NCBI GenBank assembly: GCA_020891255.1
Contig: BQFW01000015.1
Span: 2,356,001 to 2,420,000, forward strand
Reading direction: 5' to 3'
Length of the DNA stretch: 64,000 bases
DNA from: Entomortierella parvispora E1425
Taxonomy: Eukaryota > Fungi > Mortierellomycota
Both the position numbers and the translations under genes were made by a program. Below the pieces are notes generated by a model that saw nothing but the letters and a program-made list of their open reading frames with translations, was not told the DNA's origin and ran no database searches. How positions within the stretch are numbered: the first letter of the stretch is position 1; every line of letters starts with the position of its first letter. Of the stretch, positions 1 to 13,466 are shown one piece after another.

Positions 1-478
1 TTGAAGGACAATGACAGAGTGCATGTCCTTGTGTTCGGGGGCTAGCAATTGAGGGTTGCAACGGTGGGCCCACCGTCTGTGCTTTTGCTTGGGCGCAATG
101 ACCCACAAACTATTTTTTTTTCCTTCTTTCTTTTCGTTTGGTACTTTTGGGCATCCAAGCGTACTAGGGGCGAGGTATTGTGGGGAAGGTCCAATCAAGG
201 CCTGTCTGGATGAGGATAGAGTACATATAATACACCCAGCAAACAAACAGAGATCTGAATAAACGTATGGAATCCTTACTTTGAGACACACATAGCCATC
301 GTCACCCCCCGCACCTGACCAGAGGACCTACCAGGAAAGCCCGGTTGTCCTGAATGTCCTTGAATCCTCGCGACTGACGCTCACCTGGACCCTGAGCAAC
401 GGCGGCGTCTGGTTTGCCCTCCTCCGTGATAGGGCAGGTGGGATACACGCCCGCCTCCACCAGGCACGTCGGCCGCAT
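1..478 (-). CDS. Possible 5' part of an unidentified spliced gene running off the left edge
   Basis: ATG at 478 opens MRPTCLVEAGVYPTCPITEEGKPDAAVAQGPGERQSRGFKDIQDNRAFLVGPLVR, followed by a GT donor (gtgcgg) and a pyrimidine-rich CAG acceptor that continues as QALIGPSPQYLAP. No family recognised, and later junctions are not resolved. Confidence 0.25.
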
Positions 479-632
479 TGAGAGCGTGAACGTGACCCCC
501 GTTCGTCCTCCAAAATGATTGCCGTGGTTTCACAGCTCATGGAAGGACAAACAAAACGAAGGCGACGACTGGTGATGGTATGGCTGTTTGTGAGTTTTAC
601 TGGTTTGTTTTTTTTATTCAAAGGGGGCGCCT

Positions 633-2234
633 TCACTCGTAGTACCGACTTGTGGTGGACGAATCGATGGAGCCACGCTGGACACTACCCCTGCGGTCAT
701 GGTAGTGTTGTTGTTGCTGCTGCTGTTGTTGCTGATGTCGCACAGATCCCATCGATCCCATCGATCGGATCGATGGTCTCGAAAGCGGTCTCTCACTCAT
801 TTCATCCTGAAGTTCACTCAACTCTTCCTCATTCAATGCAGCTAGCGGAGTCTGGATGGCCTGTGGTCCGCGACCGAATGCGGCTGCGGCGGATGAAGTG
901 GATAAAGAAAGCGGCTCCTTGTAATTCAGGTGTGATGCATCCCCTTGAGGCACTGAAGGATGAGGAAAAGGCTGGAAGGTAGCGCCGCCAGCGCGAATAC
1001 TATTGTAACGAGAGATCATCATTGGTGGGAAGCTTGGCTGCTGCATGTGCATGGCGCCACTTTGTCGCGGATGGAGTACAGGAGGGGGAGGGAAGTGGGC
1101 ATTGGAGGGGGGTAAAGGAATAGCCTGATGATGATGGTGATGAATACTTGTGTTTCGATAGAGAGGGGATGACCGCGTATAGTCGTGGCCTTCCAGCTCG
1201 TCGTCATTCGAGGTGTGGATCAGGGATGAAGGCAGGAGCATGTTCTCTGTCCACACGGCCTGGGCCAGTCGCTGACGGCGACGCTTACTAAACACCACCG
1301 CCACTGCGAAAAGGACACCAAACCCAATGATGGCTAAAACTCCGGCTGCCACCGCCCCTGCACTTGTTCCGCCCGAGCTAGAGTTTCCATCGTCTATTGG
1401 ATCCAGCGTGAAGCACGGAGAAAGTAGAGAAAGAGGGACAATCGGCGGTCAGTAGCTGGGTCTTCAGTCGCCAAGCAGACAAAAACAGTGTCATGGTGCT
1501 TCTATCTGGGCCAGCCTCTTTTTTAGGCTAGGTTCAATCCCTTTGTCTCTTTTGCTACTCTCTTTTCTTTTGTTGTTCTTTTTTTTTTTTTTTTGTGCAT
1601 TTCCATTATGACTACCTTCGACGGGTGCACTCGCGCTCGGTACACTCTCAGTAGTAGAACTTCTCTCATTCTCCTTTTTTCTGTCGCCGAGAACGCTCGA
1701 GGGCGAGCTCGAGCTCGAGCTCGGTTCCGGAGGTGGTAACGTACCGGGATTGTTGGCGTTCAAAGCCTTGCCTCCATTCACGACCTGAGAGCCTCCATTG
1801 CTACTACTGCTGACATTATTGTTGCCGTTGCTGCTGCCGCCCGATCCAGTTGTAGCTGAGGGAATCGATGTAGAGCTGCCAATCAACAGCACATTGGCCA
1901 GTCCCGCACTCGACGTTCCGCCACACATCTCGAATGGATAGCCCATACATGGCTTGTCACATTTGCTATCATCGACCTTGTTGGAGCCTAAGGGTGCTTG
2001 GTTGGAGCATCGACAAGTGGATCCGTCCAAGGTGAGAGCGTAGGAGGTGCCACTACTCTTGCAAAAGTTGGTGCAGGCGCCTTGAGACATGTAAATGTCC
2101 TGATAAGATTTGGCATCTGTGCCGACACTGCTGTCGGGTTGGTTTGCAAAGCATCCAACGGCAATCTGGGCATGCGCAAGATGACTTGTCCACGCCAACG
2201 TGGCTGTGAACAGGGGGATCAATAGCTGCCTCAT
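633..2234 (-). CDS. WSC-domain cell-surface/cell-wall stress sensor (signal peptide, WSC domain, Ser/Gly/Asn-rich stalk, single TM, cytoplasmic tail); 2 exons 2234-1616, 1393-633; about 459 aa
   Basis: Signal peptide MRQLLIPLFTATLAWTSHLAHAQ; WSC Cys pattern (VGCF...CTNFC...CRCSN...CDKPCMGYPFEMCGG); TM AVAAGVLAIIGFGVLFAVAVVF followed by basic SKRRRQR; the GTAGT...TAG intron keeps the frame. Confidence 0.9.
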
Positions 2235-3241
2235 GGCTGAGCAGCGGTCTGGAGGGGGTTTCTCAAGGAGGACAAAGCTATACAAGAAACAATGTAGGAG
2301 TGAAAGGATTCGGTGGACAGGCTATTGTCTTTGTGATGAACAATGACTAAAAGATGAATCTTGGCAATCAAATGAGTTTGTGACCAGGACAGTAGATTCT
2401 TTGTAGTGGGGTTGAGGGCAAGGTTCGGATAGAAGAGATGAAATGAAAGGACTCAAGGTCAGCACAGGACTCTGCTTGCCGTTATCGCCAATAATGACGA
2501 TGCCTGAGAGTCGAACAAGACGGGAAGAAAAGGGAACGATTGGGACAGCAAGAGAGATAGAGACGGAGGAGGAAACCAGGATTGGCATTCTACAACGAAG
2601 TCGTTTTCAGCTCTTCGAGATTCGGATGAAACGGGAACAAAGGTTGAACCTTTCTCGCGCTTCTAAAGGCCAGTGGATCCCAAAAGCGCGCAGACTGTCG
2701 CATGGCAAGCTTTGTATGGATCCTTTTGAGCCCTGTTCCTCCATGTGGGGTTTGCAGTAGCAAGTTGAGGCTGCTTGTCTCCCACCAACGCGTCTCCTAC
2801 ATGGCCATGGGACACAGCCATGGACACAGCCACAGGCAGCCTGTGTGCGTACGTGACCCGCATTTGTACGTGCAAAGAAAAAAGGGACCTGGAAAAAATA
2901 CAAAAATATGAATGAGTCTAGCAAGGGTGGCCAATTTGCATGGGGCGGGTGCACAGAGTGATTTGGCAGCGTGATAGCGTTGATTGCACTTAGACAGGGC
3001 CGCGCTAGTTCCCTTTTGTCCACGCGCTCTGTCCTCTCTCTTCTTCACTTTTCATCTCTTCTTCCTTCTGATTCCCTTCCGTCCCATCCCAGAATCATCC
3101 CCTCTCTTTCCCTCTCCTCGTCGCTGCACTGGCTTTTGCTTTTTGCCATCGTATCCCGCTCCGCCCCAGGCTTATTCCCGCTTCTCCACTCCTCGCTAAT
3201 ATCACCCCACACCACCTCTCGCCCTCTTTTTAAATAACGTC

Positions 3242-4912
3242 ATGTCAGGACAGAACCCTTTTGAGCATGCTGAATTCAGCCAGACAAATCCCTTCGAGGA
3301 CGCCAACCAGATCCAGGCCGACGTGCCCTTGCATGCAACAAACAAGTCCGAGGTAGAGCAGGAGTACACCTCTTACACCCAGTACGGCGACAGCAGCTTC
3401 CAGACCTCGAGCACTGCCCCAACACCGGCCGAGGACCCCAAGCTCGCTGCCAAGGCAGCAGAGCTCCGTCGCCGCGAAGAAGAGTTGGCGGCCAGAGAAC
3501 GAGAGATTCAGGCCGCTCAGGCCGAGGCTGAACGTGTTCGCACTCAGGGCAAGAACAACTTTCCAAAGTTATACCCCCTCATCTACATGTACGTTATGTT
3601 TCTGGTCCCTTTTTCTGTTGGTTCGATGGATGAACAAGAGTCGAAAAAGCTCTCGTTTTTTTTTGTGCGTGTTCTTTGTTCTGTTCGTGTGCTTGTTCAT
3701 TGTACCTATGTAACCTGGGAAGAAGCAAAAAAAGAGCGTCGGGAGAAAGCACCGGAAGGCACAGAAAAGTTCTCATCACTAACCAGTGTCCCTGCATCAT
3801 TGTAGGTCCATCCCTGCCGAGATTCCAAAAGCACATCAGAGCACCGTTCGTTTCTTGTATAATATCTGGCTGGCACTTCTCGGAACTTTGGCCTTGAACT
3901 TCTTGGCCTGTATGCTGATGCTGATTGCTGGTCTTCCCAACGGAGGTGCCGACTTGGGAGTCGCGCTTGGATACTGCTTCACCATCACGGCGTCGTCGTT
4001 TTTGTTGTGGTACAGGCCCGTGTACAACGCCTTCATGAAGGAGATGTCGATGTACTACTGTAAGAGGAGCGAGTTTTTTTTTTTTTTTTTTTTTTTTTGG
4101 TATCTGCGCTATTGCGGATCTTTGGACTGACCTCGTGCACAATTCTATGTTTATGCTCTATCCTTAGACTTTTACTTTATCTTCAATGGCTTCCACATTG
4201 CCTTCTCCTTCTACATGGCCCTTGGATTCACCTCAACGTACGTTTCATGACATGAACCTTCTGGGACATAGGAATAGGGAGGATCCACTTGGCATCAGGA
4301 ATTGGAAACGGAGCAAAAAAAAAAAAAGATGGACGGAGGTGTGGACCGTCAATGCGACTGGAATATAGACAATCAGGATCAAGGACTCAATCGCTAGGAG
4401 CAGGATGGAAAACAACGAAACGCCCGGGACAGTACCAAGGAGCTAAAAAGGGTCCCGCACTTTCAAGAGCATACGCTGCTGCATCGCACATGGCAGGGGT
4501 TTTCTAATTTTAACCGTTCCCGTTCGATTGAATCTCCACACTGTTGCGTCATTATAGTGGTTCTGCTGGATTGATCAACATGATTTCAGTTTTCAATGGA
4601 CACCACATTTTTGCCGGTATCCTTTGCGTCTTCTCTACAGCCCTCTGGCTCGTCCAGGGCTTTGGATGCCTGTTCTTTTACCGGTAAGGGAAATCGAAAC
4701 CGCTTTGCGCACCTACACCAGATTCTTGCTGCATGAAGCACTAATAATTGTTTCATCTTGATGGGTATCGGAATTGCAGCAAGGTTCACCAGCACTACCA
4801 CCAGCAGGGACACACTTTTGACCAGGCCAAGGCCCAGGTTACCTCGTCTGCTGTCCGAAGCCAGGCTGTTCAGAATGCTGCCTGGTCTGCTGCGACCAGC
4901 GGCAGAGTTTAA
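3242..4912 (+). CDS. SCAMP-family secretory carrier membrane protein; 5 exons (3242-3588, 3806-4059, 4168-4237, 4558-4683, 4780-4912)
   Basis: Two N-terminal NPF motifs, coiled coil (AELRRREEELAAREREI), KNNFP motif, four TM segments, LLWYRPVYNAF, C-terminal GHTFDQAKAQ. All junctions are GT-AG and in frame. Confidence 0.9.
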
Positions 4913-5106
4913 TGGAGCTGGTGTTTCCCAGGACGTCATACGGTGACACATTACCTTTTTGCCAAGCAGATATATATCCCACATGCACATTCATTCATAT
5001 AAATACGAAGAAACTATGCTGTGCAAATGTGCTGCGATGAGAAAGGGTCCTTTGTGATCCAGATAGAGTTGAGTTGGAGGTAGAGTTGGCGGCAAATGGC
5101 AGAGAG

Positions 5107-5189
5107 CGCAATGGCCCCGCAGTACGCCCGCAATGCTCGCAATGGCCCCGCAGTACGCCCGCAATGCTCGCAATTCCCGCAGTACGTCC
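5107..5189. repeat. 31-bp tandem repeat, about 2.7 copies, between the SCAMP 3' end and the GNL1 start
   Basis: CGCAATGGCCCCGCAGTACGCCCGCAATGCT occurs exactly twice (5107-5137, 5138-5168), then a degenerate third copy CGCAATTCCCGCAGTACGTCC. Confidence 0.9.
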
Positions 5190-5343
5190 ATGCGATCCAA
5201 AGCCCGCTTCGTTCCCTCGGTCCGAGAAGCGTGACCTTTTTTTCGCACATTTCTTTATAAAACTTGGGTTCATTCTTTTTCACTTTCATTCCATTCTCCT
5301 TCATTCAGTCATATACCCATCCAACCCGAGTACATTACCAACC

Positions 5344-6323
5344 ATGCCACGACCAGTCGCATTTAGCGGTGCATTAAAAAAGAAGCAGCTCCAGGAGCGA
5401 CGAGCTAGGCTCGCTGAAAAACACGAGGAACAAAGGGCCAGAGGTACAAACCCAGGAACTTGACCATGATAGCGCCACCACTTCCAGTTTTCCTGTGAAC
5501 CCTGGCCAGGTCAACTATGGCATTGATCTCCACAGAAAGATGTCTCTGCCTTTTCCACCTTAACAATCTCTGACCCAACAAAACTTTGTCATTCCAACAG
5601 AAGAGGCAGCACGATACGGGAACGTGGCAGGGATGAGCACTGCAACTGCAGAGACTGGCCCCCATACTGGACGACTCGTCAAGACATTCTCGAAAGAGTT
5701 CAAGCCCGAATCCTCGGGCGGCGGTGCAACAGGTGGTCGAGTTCCAGCCCGGGAAAATTCCAATCACCCTGCTGGACAAAAGTAACGCGTCTTTTTTTCA
5801 GCTTGATCAATTGTTCTCATGCGACTGTGGCCGTTTATTTACTTCTTTTTTTTTTTTTTTTTTTTTTTTTGGCTGTTTAGATTGCGATCGGTTTTCATGA
5901 GACGTTCAGCTGTAGACATTGAGAATTCGCGCAGAGACAGTATGAAACCTTTGGAATTGGTGCCTGAGGTGAGTTATTTTCTATGAACAGGGAGGTCCAG
6001 GAGACAAAGGCTGTGATATTGAGCAGGGAGGGATGGGATGATCTGATGGGCTGATTCGTTATCCACGACCGTTTCTAATGGATGTTCATTTTATTTAGTG
6101 CGAGCTGGAGGTTTCGTTCGAGAACATGTTTCCAAGTGTCATTGGATTCCCCAAGCGACCAGAGTGGGATTACTCCATGAGTCGCGAGGAACTGGAAAAA
6201 AACGAGCGCAACATGTTTGATGAGTGGATGGATTCCATCTATAACAGATACCCTGCGGAAGAACTGAGTTACTTTGAACATAACTTGGAAGTCTGGCGTC
6301 AGCTGTAAGTGCTCCACGACCTC

Positions 6324-6360
<37 letters not shown>

Positions 6361-8390
6361 GCGGGCGGGTTCGAAACCTAATTACTGAACAAGCTTTTTT
6401 GTCTTCTGGAAAAAAAAGTTGGCGCGTTCTGGAGATTTCAGACATTATCATGATCATTGTGGATATCCGCCATCCCGTGATCCATTTCCCTCCCTCGCTC
6501 TACGACTATGTCGTCAAGGAAATGAAGAGGAAGTTGGTCGTTGTTTTCAACAAGGTGAGTAGATTTGGAGAGTCACTTTTCATCGTTGATGTTGTTGTTT
6601 CCGGCTAGCAACTAATTGAAACGAAACCTTTTCTAATTAGGTGGATTTGGTCGCACCAAATACTCTTTTCGCGTGGAAGCAATACTTCAAAGAAAAGTTT
6701 CCGGAGCTGCATATCGCCTCCTTCAGCTGTTACCCTCCTGATCCAAGCCTGATCAATGATTCGAGTACTGGTAGGATCTCGGCCTTTTTTTTAAATTTTA
6801 TTTTACGGGTGAATTTTTTCACGAGTGAACACAACATCTGACAAACATATCATCCTTTTCCTCTTAATAGCTGCATTGCAAAGAGTAGTCAAGAGACCTC
6901 GCCACCGGTTTTACAACGCGGTCGGCGTGAAGGACGTTCTTGTTGCTTGCAGGGATGTAGAGCTCTCGAAGAATGGCGACCAGGTAGATTGGGATGGCCT
7001 GATTTCACATTACGAGGCACCCAAGGAGACTGAATTCCAGGACAGTGAAGAAGAGGCAGACTCGCATGACCATGTGGATGACAAAAAACCTCAAGACGGA
7101 CATGTAGACATTCTGAAGAAGATACAAGACAGTGACCTTGGTAAAGACAGATCTTCTAACAGCGCAAGGTTTTCACCGTCAATGCTGGTTCTAACCGTGG
7201 ATATCTGGTCCAATTACTTAGCCGACTCTATGCAGTCTGCATCAATTGAGGATGAAGGCAATGTGCCCCATAAGGACTATATTACCATTGGCCTTGTCGG
7301 TATGTTGTGATCTCTAACGTTCTTGTTGAAAGACAAGGAGGACCGAGTCGATATTCATATCAATCATTTGTTTTTTTTCTCTAATTTTCATAGGTCACCC
7401 CAACGTTGGCAAAAGTTCGCTCATCAACAGTATCATAGGAAAGACGGTCGTCAGCACCAGCAGGACCCCCGGTCACACCAAGCACTTTCAGACCATTCAT
7501 CTGACACAAAACGTTCGACTGTGCGATTCTCCAGGATTGGTTTTCCCAAGTTTATTGCCAAAGCCACTCCAGATCTTGTCGGGAATGTACCCCATTGCCC
7601 AGGTTCAAGAGCCGTACTCTGTGGTTCAGTATCTGGCCCAGCGCGTGAATTTGCCCCGGCTCTTGAAACTGGACCCACCACCCACCTATGAATTCGGACC
7701 GTTCCGCTGGTCTGCTTTCAGGATTTGTGAATGTAAAGCAACGCAAAGGAAAGGAGGGTCATGTGGATTTGTGAGTGATAGACTGACAATATTTGTTTCC
7801 ATTCGTACCTGGTTTCATGTCCATAGCTTTCGCGCTGCAGAGAGGGTTCCTGACAGCCAAAACCGGCAATCCGGACGTATATCGCTCAGGTAAAACGAAA
7901 AGATGGTTTTCTCCCTCCCGCCCAGTGTTCCAGTTTGCGCGTTTTTGATGAAACTTATCCAAATCTTTATATTTTTCTTTCAGCCAACGCGATTCTTCGC
8001 TTGGCGAATGATGGCAGGATTCTGCTGTCGTTTAAACCACCAGGGTTCTTTACAAGCACCAAGTACGAACAACTCCGGATCCAAGAGGCTGATGAATTTC
8101 TTTCCAGCGAGGAGGAAGACGACGACGAAGAAAAGGTGTCTTTGAAGAATCGGATCAAGAAGAAAGGATCTCAAGAAGAAGGGGAGGATTTTTCAGATGG
8201 TGAAGACCAGGAAAGCGATGCCGATGAAGAAGAGGAAGGAGCAGACGAAGAGGCTGAGACGGACAAGAGTGCAACCAAGAAGGGCAAAAAGTTCCAGATG
8301 AACGCACGTGTTGGTGGATTCTTTGGTCTGCTTCAAGAGGACAATGACGAGGTCCAGAAAGATGACGAAGATGACGAAGATGATGATTGA
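5344..8390 (+). CDS. GNL1: Guanine nucleotide-binding protein-like 1 (GNL1; circularly permuted YlqF/YawG-family GTPase), multi-exon
   Basis: N-terminal MPRPVAFSGALKKKQLQERR; FEHNLEVWRQLWRVLEISD; permuted order G4 (NKVD), G1 (GHPNVGKSSLINS), G3 (DSPG) after splicing; acidic C-terminal tail. Confidence 0.88.
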
Positions 8391-8942
8391 GAGGCGCCAA
8401 AATAAAATTTCCTTACAAAAAACACCTTCCTCTTGGGCATGACCATCGAAACGAAAGGAAGAGGGTCCGAGACCATGGCTCAAAGGCATTGCTGAGAGCA
8501 AAAAAAACGTCAAAGTAGGGTCCAAGCGCAATGCTCTTTTCTATCATTCCTCCTTTCTTTTCCTTTTTTTTCTTTCCTTTGAAAATGGGAAATACATCAT
8601 ACATGCATGCATGCATGCATGAAGACTATCACGTTCAAAGTCCTTCAAAGTTTTTTTATTCTTTTCTTTTTTTTTCTCTCTCTAAAAGGCGGGAAGGGAT
8701 TCAAAAGGGGTAAAGGGGATGAAAAAGAAGGAGGTGGTGGTGGTGAAGGAGAAGGGGGAGGGGAGGAGGGGGGGAAAAGTAGAAAAAAAAATATATGCAA
8801 AGTGGATTCTCAACATGGCCCCAGTTGCACTAGAAAACGATATGAGAGAAAAAGTAAAAGGATGTCCGAAGAAAAGTTCCGACAATTTTTTTTTTACATT
8901 TCCTCTACTCCCTCGACAAGTGGCGGGTCGGTTTCGATGCTT

Positions 8943-10591
8943 TTATCCCAAAAGAGGGCGTCCCTCATGGAAATCATCCTGGTTACGCTCATGCCAAACG
9001 GCCACGTTGCGGAGCACACGTCGAACCAAGGCACCGACCAACCAACCGACACTGAGAAGACCGGCCATGTGGACGACAGGGACGGCGCTGCCCTGCTCAA
9101 CGGTAATGCTGAGAGTCATCCTGTCGACGCAAAACCATGTCCATTCATCCAAGAGAGCGATCGAGAGCATCCATGACAGAGAAGAAAGAAAGAAAGAGTC
9201 CAGTTAGAACAGGCGGTTGTTTGGTAAGCAACTGAGCAAGGGCGACCAAAGAGAGGGAAAAAAAAAACTTAAAAACACGCGGTAAAAGGTGAGCGAAAGT
9301 CTGAATGAAAAAAAGAAAAGCAAGGAAGCCCTTTTTTGGGCGCTGAACCCCCTTCGCTTCCCATCTGTGTACAACGTCGAGGAATTTTTTTCCCGCCGTC
9401 GATTCCCCCCTTCCAGGACAGTCTATCTGTCCTCCAAGCCCTCACCATTGGGAAATGTCCGTGGAGGAAGAAAAAAGAACGGAGCACGAAAAAAAAACGC
9501 AGATGCCGATGGTGACCACAATTGTCCATGTTGCCAGTCGTCGTTTGCTGTTGATGTTGTTGTAGTTGCTGTTTTGTTGTTTGTTGCTATCGTAGCGTAG
9601 CTGGTGATGTTGATGTTTGATCGTCTCGACTCCGCTGCTCTCCCTTGCCCCGCCCCCTCTCGATCCTTCGTCAGCAGGTCAGCAGGCAAGAAAAGTAACG
9701 GACAACATCCAAACCACACAACAAACAATTGGACTTTTTTGGTTTTTCTCACAAGGGAATAGACATCCCGTCGCTAAAGCAAAGCAGAGTGAACAAACGC
9801 CCGCCCATGGGGCAAAGAGGACGGGAAGAGAAGAGGAGGGAGTACGACTTACAAAGCAATGACGGCGCCACACCACGAGTCTGGATCCCTGGCAAACTCA
9901 GTGTAGTGGGTACCAATGACCATCAAGACGACAAGGGCTCCAGCTGCGCCAAAGGCCGCCCAAGATTCAGGTCCGCCCTCCTTGGTCGTGAACGCAGCAA
10001 AGAAGTTTTGGAAGACATCGAGCCAGACCAAAGCGTTGTAGACGGAGAACGACACTTGAACAAAGAGGTAGTCCATCAAGCTCGTTGCCGTGAACGCCCT
10101 CAGTCTTGAATATAAGCGCCAAACCAGGACCGCATTCACGACCAACAGGACTTGACCCACTACAAGATAGTCGTGGACCTTGAAAAAAAAGGAAGAGAGA
10201 GAGTCTTCGGTAAGTTTTTTTTTCCTTTTTTTTTTTTTGACACGCGCAAAAAAAAAAAAAAAAGACGCGACAAAAAAAACAAAAAGTAGCTTTTTTTTAC
10301 CCATGAGAGAACCCAGCCAGTAATGACAAGGTTGGAGACAAAGAGATGCCAGTCGACGGCCTCGACGACCATCTCATGTGTAGAGTCGAACCATTGGACC
10401 AAGTAAGAGAATCCTCCGAGAAGGAACCAGCTCAGGGTAGGGATCAAAAAGCCAATGTGGGAATTGGACAAAAAGTTGGGATGACCAGCCAGGGCGTGGA
10501 CAAGGAACTTGTGGTAGTAGGACATGGTCGAGATAGCCGCCGTGAACGTGAGCGTGTTCAGGGTCTTGAGAAGAGCAGGATGGAGCGGCAT
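8943..10591 (-). CDS. Polytopic membrane protein, DUF1774/TspO-like fungal family; 3 exons (10591-10301, 10178-9853, 9120-8943); about 264 aa
   Basis: Several hydrophobic helices (HPNFLSN...LSWFLLGGFSYLVQWF; WHLFVSNLVITGWVLSW; LSITVEQ) and a C-terminal EGRPLLG dileucine-like motif. Exon lengths sum to 795 nt in frame. The family name is from recalled similarity. Confidence 0.7.
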
Positions 10592-11040
10592 GACGATATT
10601 ATGGGTTGTATGGGGGAGAAGGGGTATCAAAGGGAGGGTTGAAGAGGGAGGAAAGAGGGAAAAAGAGAGAGAAAGAGAGAGCAAGAGACGGAGAGCACAG
10701 GAAAGAAAGAAAGAAAAAAAAAGTGTGTGTGTCGCCATGGTCTGTTGTTGTTCCTGGGCGGCTGGTCCTTTCTTGGTTGGGACAGCGTCAGCAAAAGGGC
10801 TCTCATTGGTGTGTGGTGTGTCTCTTCCTTGCATGGTCACCGACGCACTGGACAAGACCTCACGCTGGGAAGACCTTTTCCTTGCTCGGAACTCTCCCCG
10901 TGTGAACGAGACAACACAGCACTCCACGGCAATGCTCCAGAGAGACCCATGAGTGCGTTTTGGTCTGTTGTCTGCTTGCATGGAGCATGGGTCAAATTGC
11001 AATGTTTTTAGTTTTTATTCCAACTATATATTTAATCGAG

Positions 11041-12959
11041 TTAAAAGTCGTGTTCAAACTCCATCATCCCACAGCTGGGAAACAGGTGGTTCAGCCAAGC
11101 AAAGTCTCTGTTCGTCATCCGTCGATCCACCCCCTTGCAAAAGATATACTTTAGACGCAACAGCTGAGGCGGTGCCTCTGTTTCTTCTTTTTCCTCCTCT
11201 TCGGGTGACAAAAGGAACATGTCCTTTTGGAACCCATATCCATCCAATATCAATCCTCCAGCTTCTCCAATTGATAGAGGTGTCGCCTGAAAGCCTTGGT
11301 ATTGCTTTCGTTGTTGAGAGAAGCATGCCCTTGCTCGTTAAAGTGAATAAACGACAGTTCAAGTTCCCGCAAGCTCTTGTAACAAATCCAGGGCCCTTGA
11401 TTTTCTTGGAACATGGATCCATCCAATCGACCGCACCGAACTCCAAGGGTTTGAAGACCTGGGCAGTTCTGAAGCATAGCCAAGACACCCGTGCAACTCA
11501 CACCTGGACTACCAGTTAGGTCCAATGTATGAAATCGAGAAGCCTGCTTGGGGAATGCGATCTGCAAAAGAACTCTGTCAGTGACTGAGGTTTGGACACA
11601 GGGACCGAATTCTAGTCCTTGAAGGCGATTGTTCAGATGAGAGGATATTTGGCAAGACTCACAGTACGGATGGCCCAGAGCGGCCTCACTCCGGCGGGGC
11701 TTTTGCTTTTGGAGATCAAAGTAATCGATCCAATCCTGCTCCCGAAAATTGGAACATCGAGTCTTGCATTGCAAGGTGGTAAGCTCAGGTGCGTAGGTTC
11801 GGATGGACTTCAGGAAAGTTGGATCATCAAGGCAGTGAATAGATAGTGCCACCAGGCAGGGCAGACGCTGCAGCAGCTTTGATAGAGCGCTTTTGCTTCG
11901 GATCTGACCCAGAGACAGCGTTAAAATGCCCGAACAATGTCTAGCGATCTCTCCATGCACCATGTCGGATTTTTGTCTTTTGGATTGACGGCGAGGTTCC
12001 TGCGCGGCCCCTCGTTTCGGAGGTAGATCTGAGGGCCGCAACCGGAACCTGGGAACATAGATGAATGGCTCCTCTTCGTTGTCCTTTTCGGTCGGCTCCT
12101 CCTCCAGGTCATCAAAGACGTCGCCAAAGTCGATGGCGACTCGTTTGAGCACCGCTCCTCCTTTTCTACCGTTCCAAGACCTGAGGAACAACAAGAGTAA
12201 AGATAGATGGATCGGGACCTCGAAATTGTCCACATGGTGATGTTTCCGTGAATGATAATGTGGGTATAGCCTGAACTCTTCTAGATTCTGCAAGCGGCGG
12301 TGCTTTCGTGGGGACAGGCCGATCCAGTGCAGAATCGACTCGCAGGCTCCCGGATGGACAATCAATTCAAGATGTCTCAACGAGTTTGAGAGGAAAGCGT
12401 TCGTGGGTGAGCGTAGGATCCGCGTGATGGTTTTCTTTGTGAGAGTATTCCTGGCGACTGCACCGGTTGAACCCTGAGGCTCGTTCTCCTCTCGGCTCGC
12501 GCGACCATCGTCGTCGTCCTTCACTGCCCCAATACCGAGAATTAGCCTCTCAAATTTTTGGTGCGTCAAACAAGGATACCTCACTTTCAGGTGCTTTAAT
12601 GTCCAAAAGGTATCCCGCACAATGTTGAGAAAGGTGTCCAGGATTTCCAAATTCCTGTAGTTGTAATCGATTTCGAGATATCGCACATGCGGGCCAACAC
12701 GCCGGAACAAGTGCTTGGACTGGACAGGATCCTGGACATGCTGTGGAAATCTGTACGAGATGTAGGGTCCATTGCTCGACCAGACGACGCCAATGAAGAG
12801 ATTGTACCGGGACTGAGAGACGAGACAGCAACGGCAGTGATCGTTTCTGGGAAGATAGGGAATGACACGATCAATAATGTCGGGGATGAAGACTCGCGTG
12901 ATGGCTGCCGTGGGACTGTCCGAGCACGGGAGTTTCCAAGGGGGTGGTGCGGCAGCCAT
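11041..12959 (-). CDS. F-box/leucine-rich-repeat (RNI-like) protein of the Mortierella-expanded type, interrupted by an apparent 1-bp deletion at about 11252
   Basis: F-box-like N-terminus (VFIPDIIDRVIPYLPRNDHCRCCLVSQ...VVW) and LRR-like repeats (LKHLKV, LRHLEL, CPGLQTL, PWICYKSLRELEL). The ORF stops at QLEKLED* while the adjacent frame continues LILDGYGF...LRLKYIFCKG...DFAWLNHLFPS. Confidence 0.75.
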
Positions 12960-13466
12960 TGGTAGGGTGTTGCGGGTTGGGTGCTATGGCAGAAGGCCTG
13001 GGAGAGAAGGGTGGGTGGGGGGAAACGAAGGGAAAAGAAAGAACTCAATAAATTATGAAAGAGAGTAGGGGAAATGAAATATGCAAGGAAAGGGAAACCA
13101 CCGCAGCAAACGGGAGTGCAGGCAGTGCAGGCACTTACTTGTTCAGACGTGTGGCTGTAAACAAAATGCATCATGAAGGCGTTGCATGGCAGTGTGTCTG
13201 TGCACTCGCCCGTTGGTCCCTGAGTGCTTCTGTGGACTGAACAGCACCTTTTATAGCATGGCACCCTTCTTCACACACGCGAAGAGGGCAACAAGGATAT
13301 CTACGTGTAGTCCGTCATGTGGATCATGGTCACAGTCAAGGTACCAAAGTACCCGTGCACGGATACATGCAGGTACAGTATATTTCAAATGGACCATGTT
13401 CATGTCCACGTAGTTTATTGCCCTCATATATGTCCTCTCTGGCCTTGAAAAAGCACGCAAGGGCAG

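Noticed and set aside
61-76. Perfect 16-bp palindrome ACGGTGGGCCCACCGT
   Set aside because: About one such palindrome is expected by chance in 64 kb, and there is no supporting context.
6360-6385. GGGTTCGAAACC resembling a tRNA T-loop
   Set aside because: It lies in a GNL1 intron next to a poly-T run, and no cloverleaf or A-box can be built.
8601-8620. (ATGC)n self-complementary run
   Set aside because: A simple tetranucleotide microsatellite in a 3' intergenic region.
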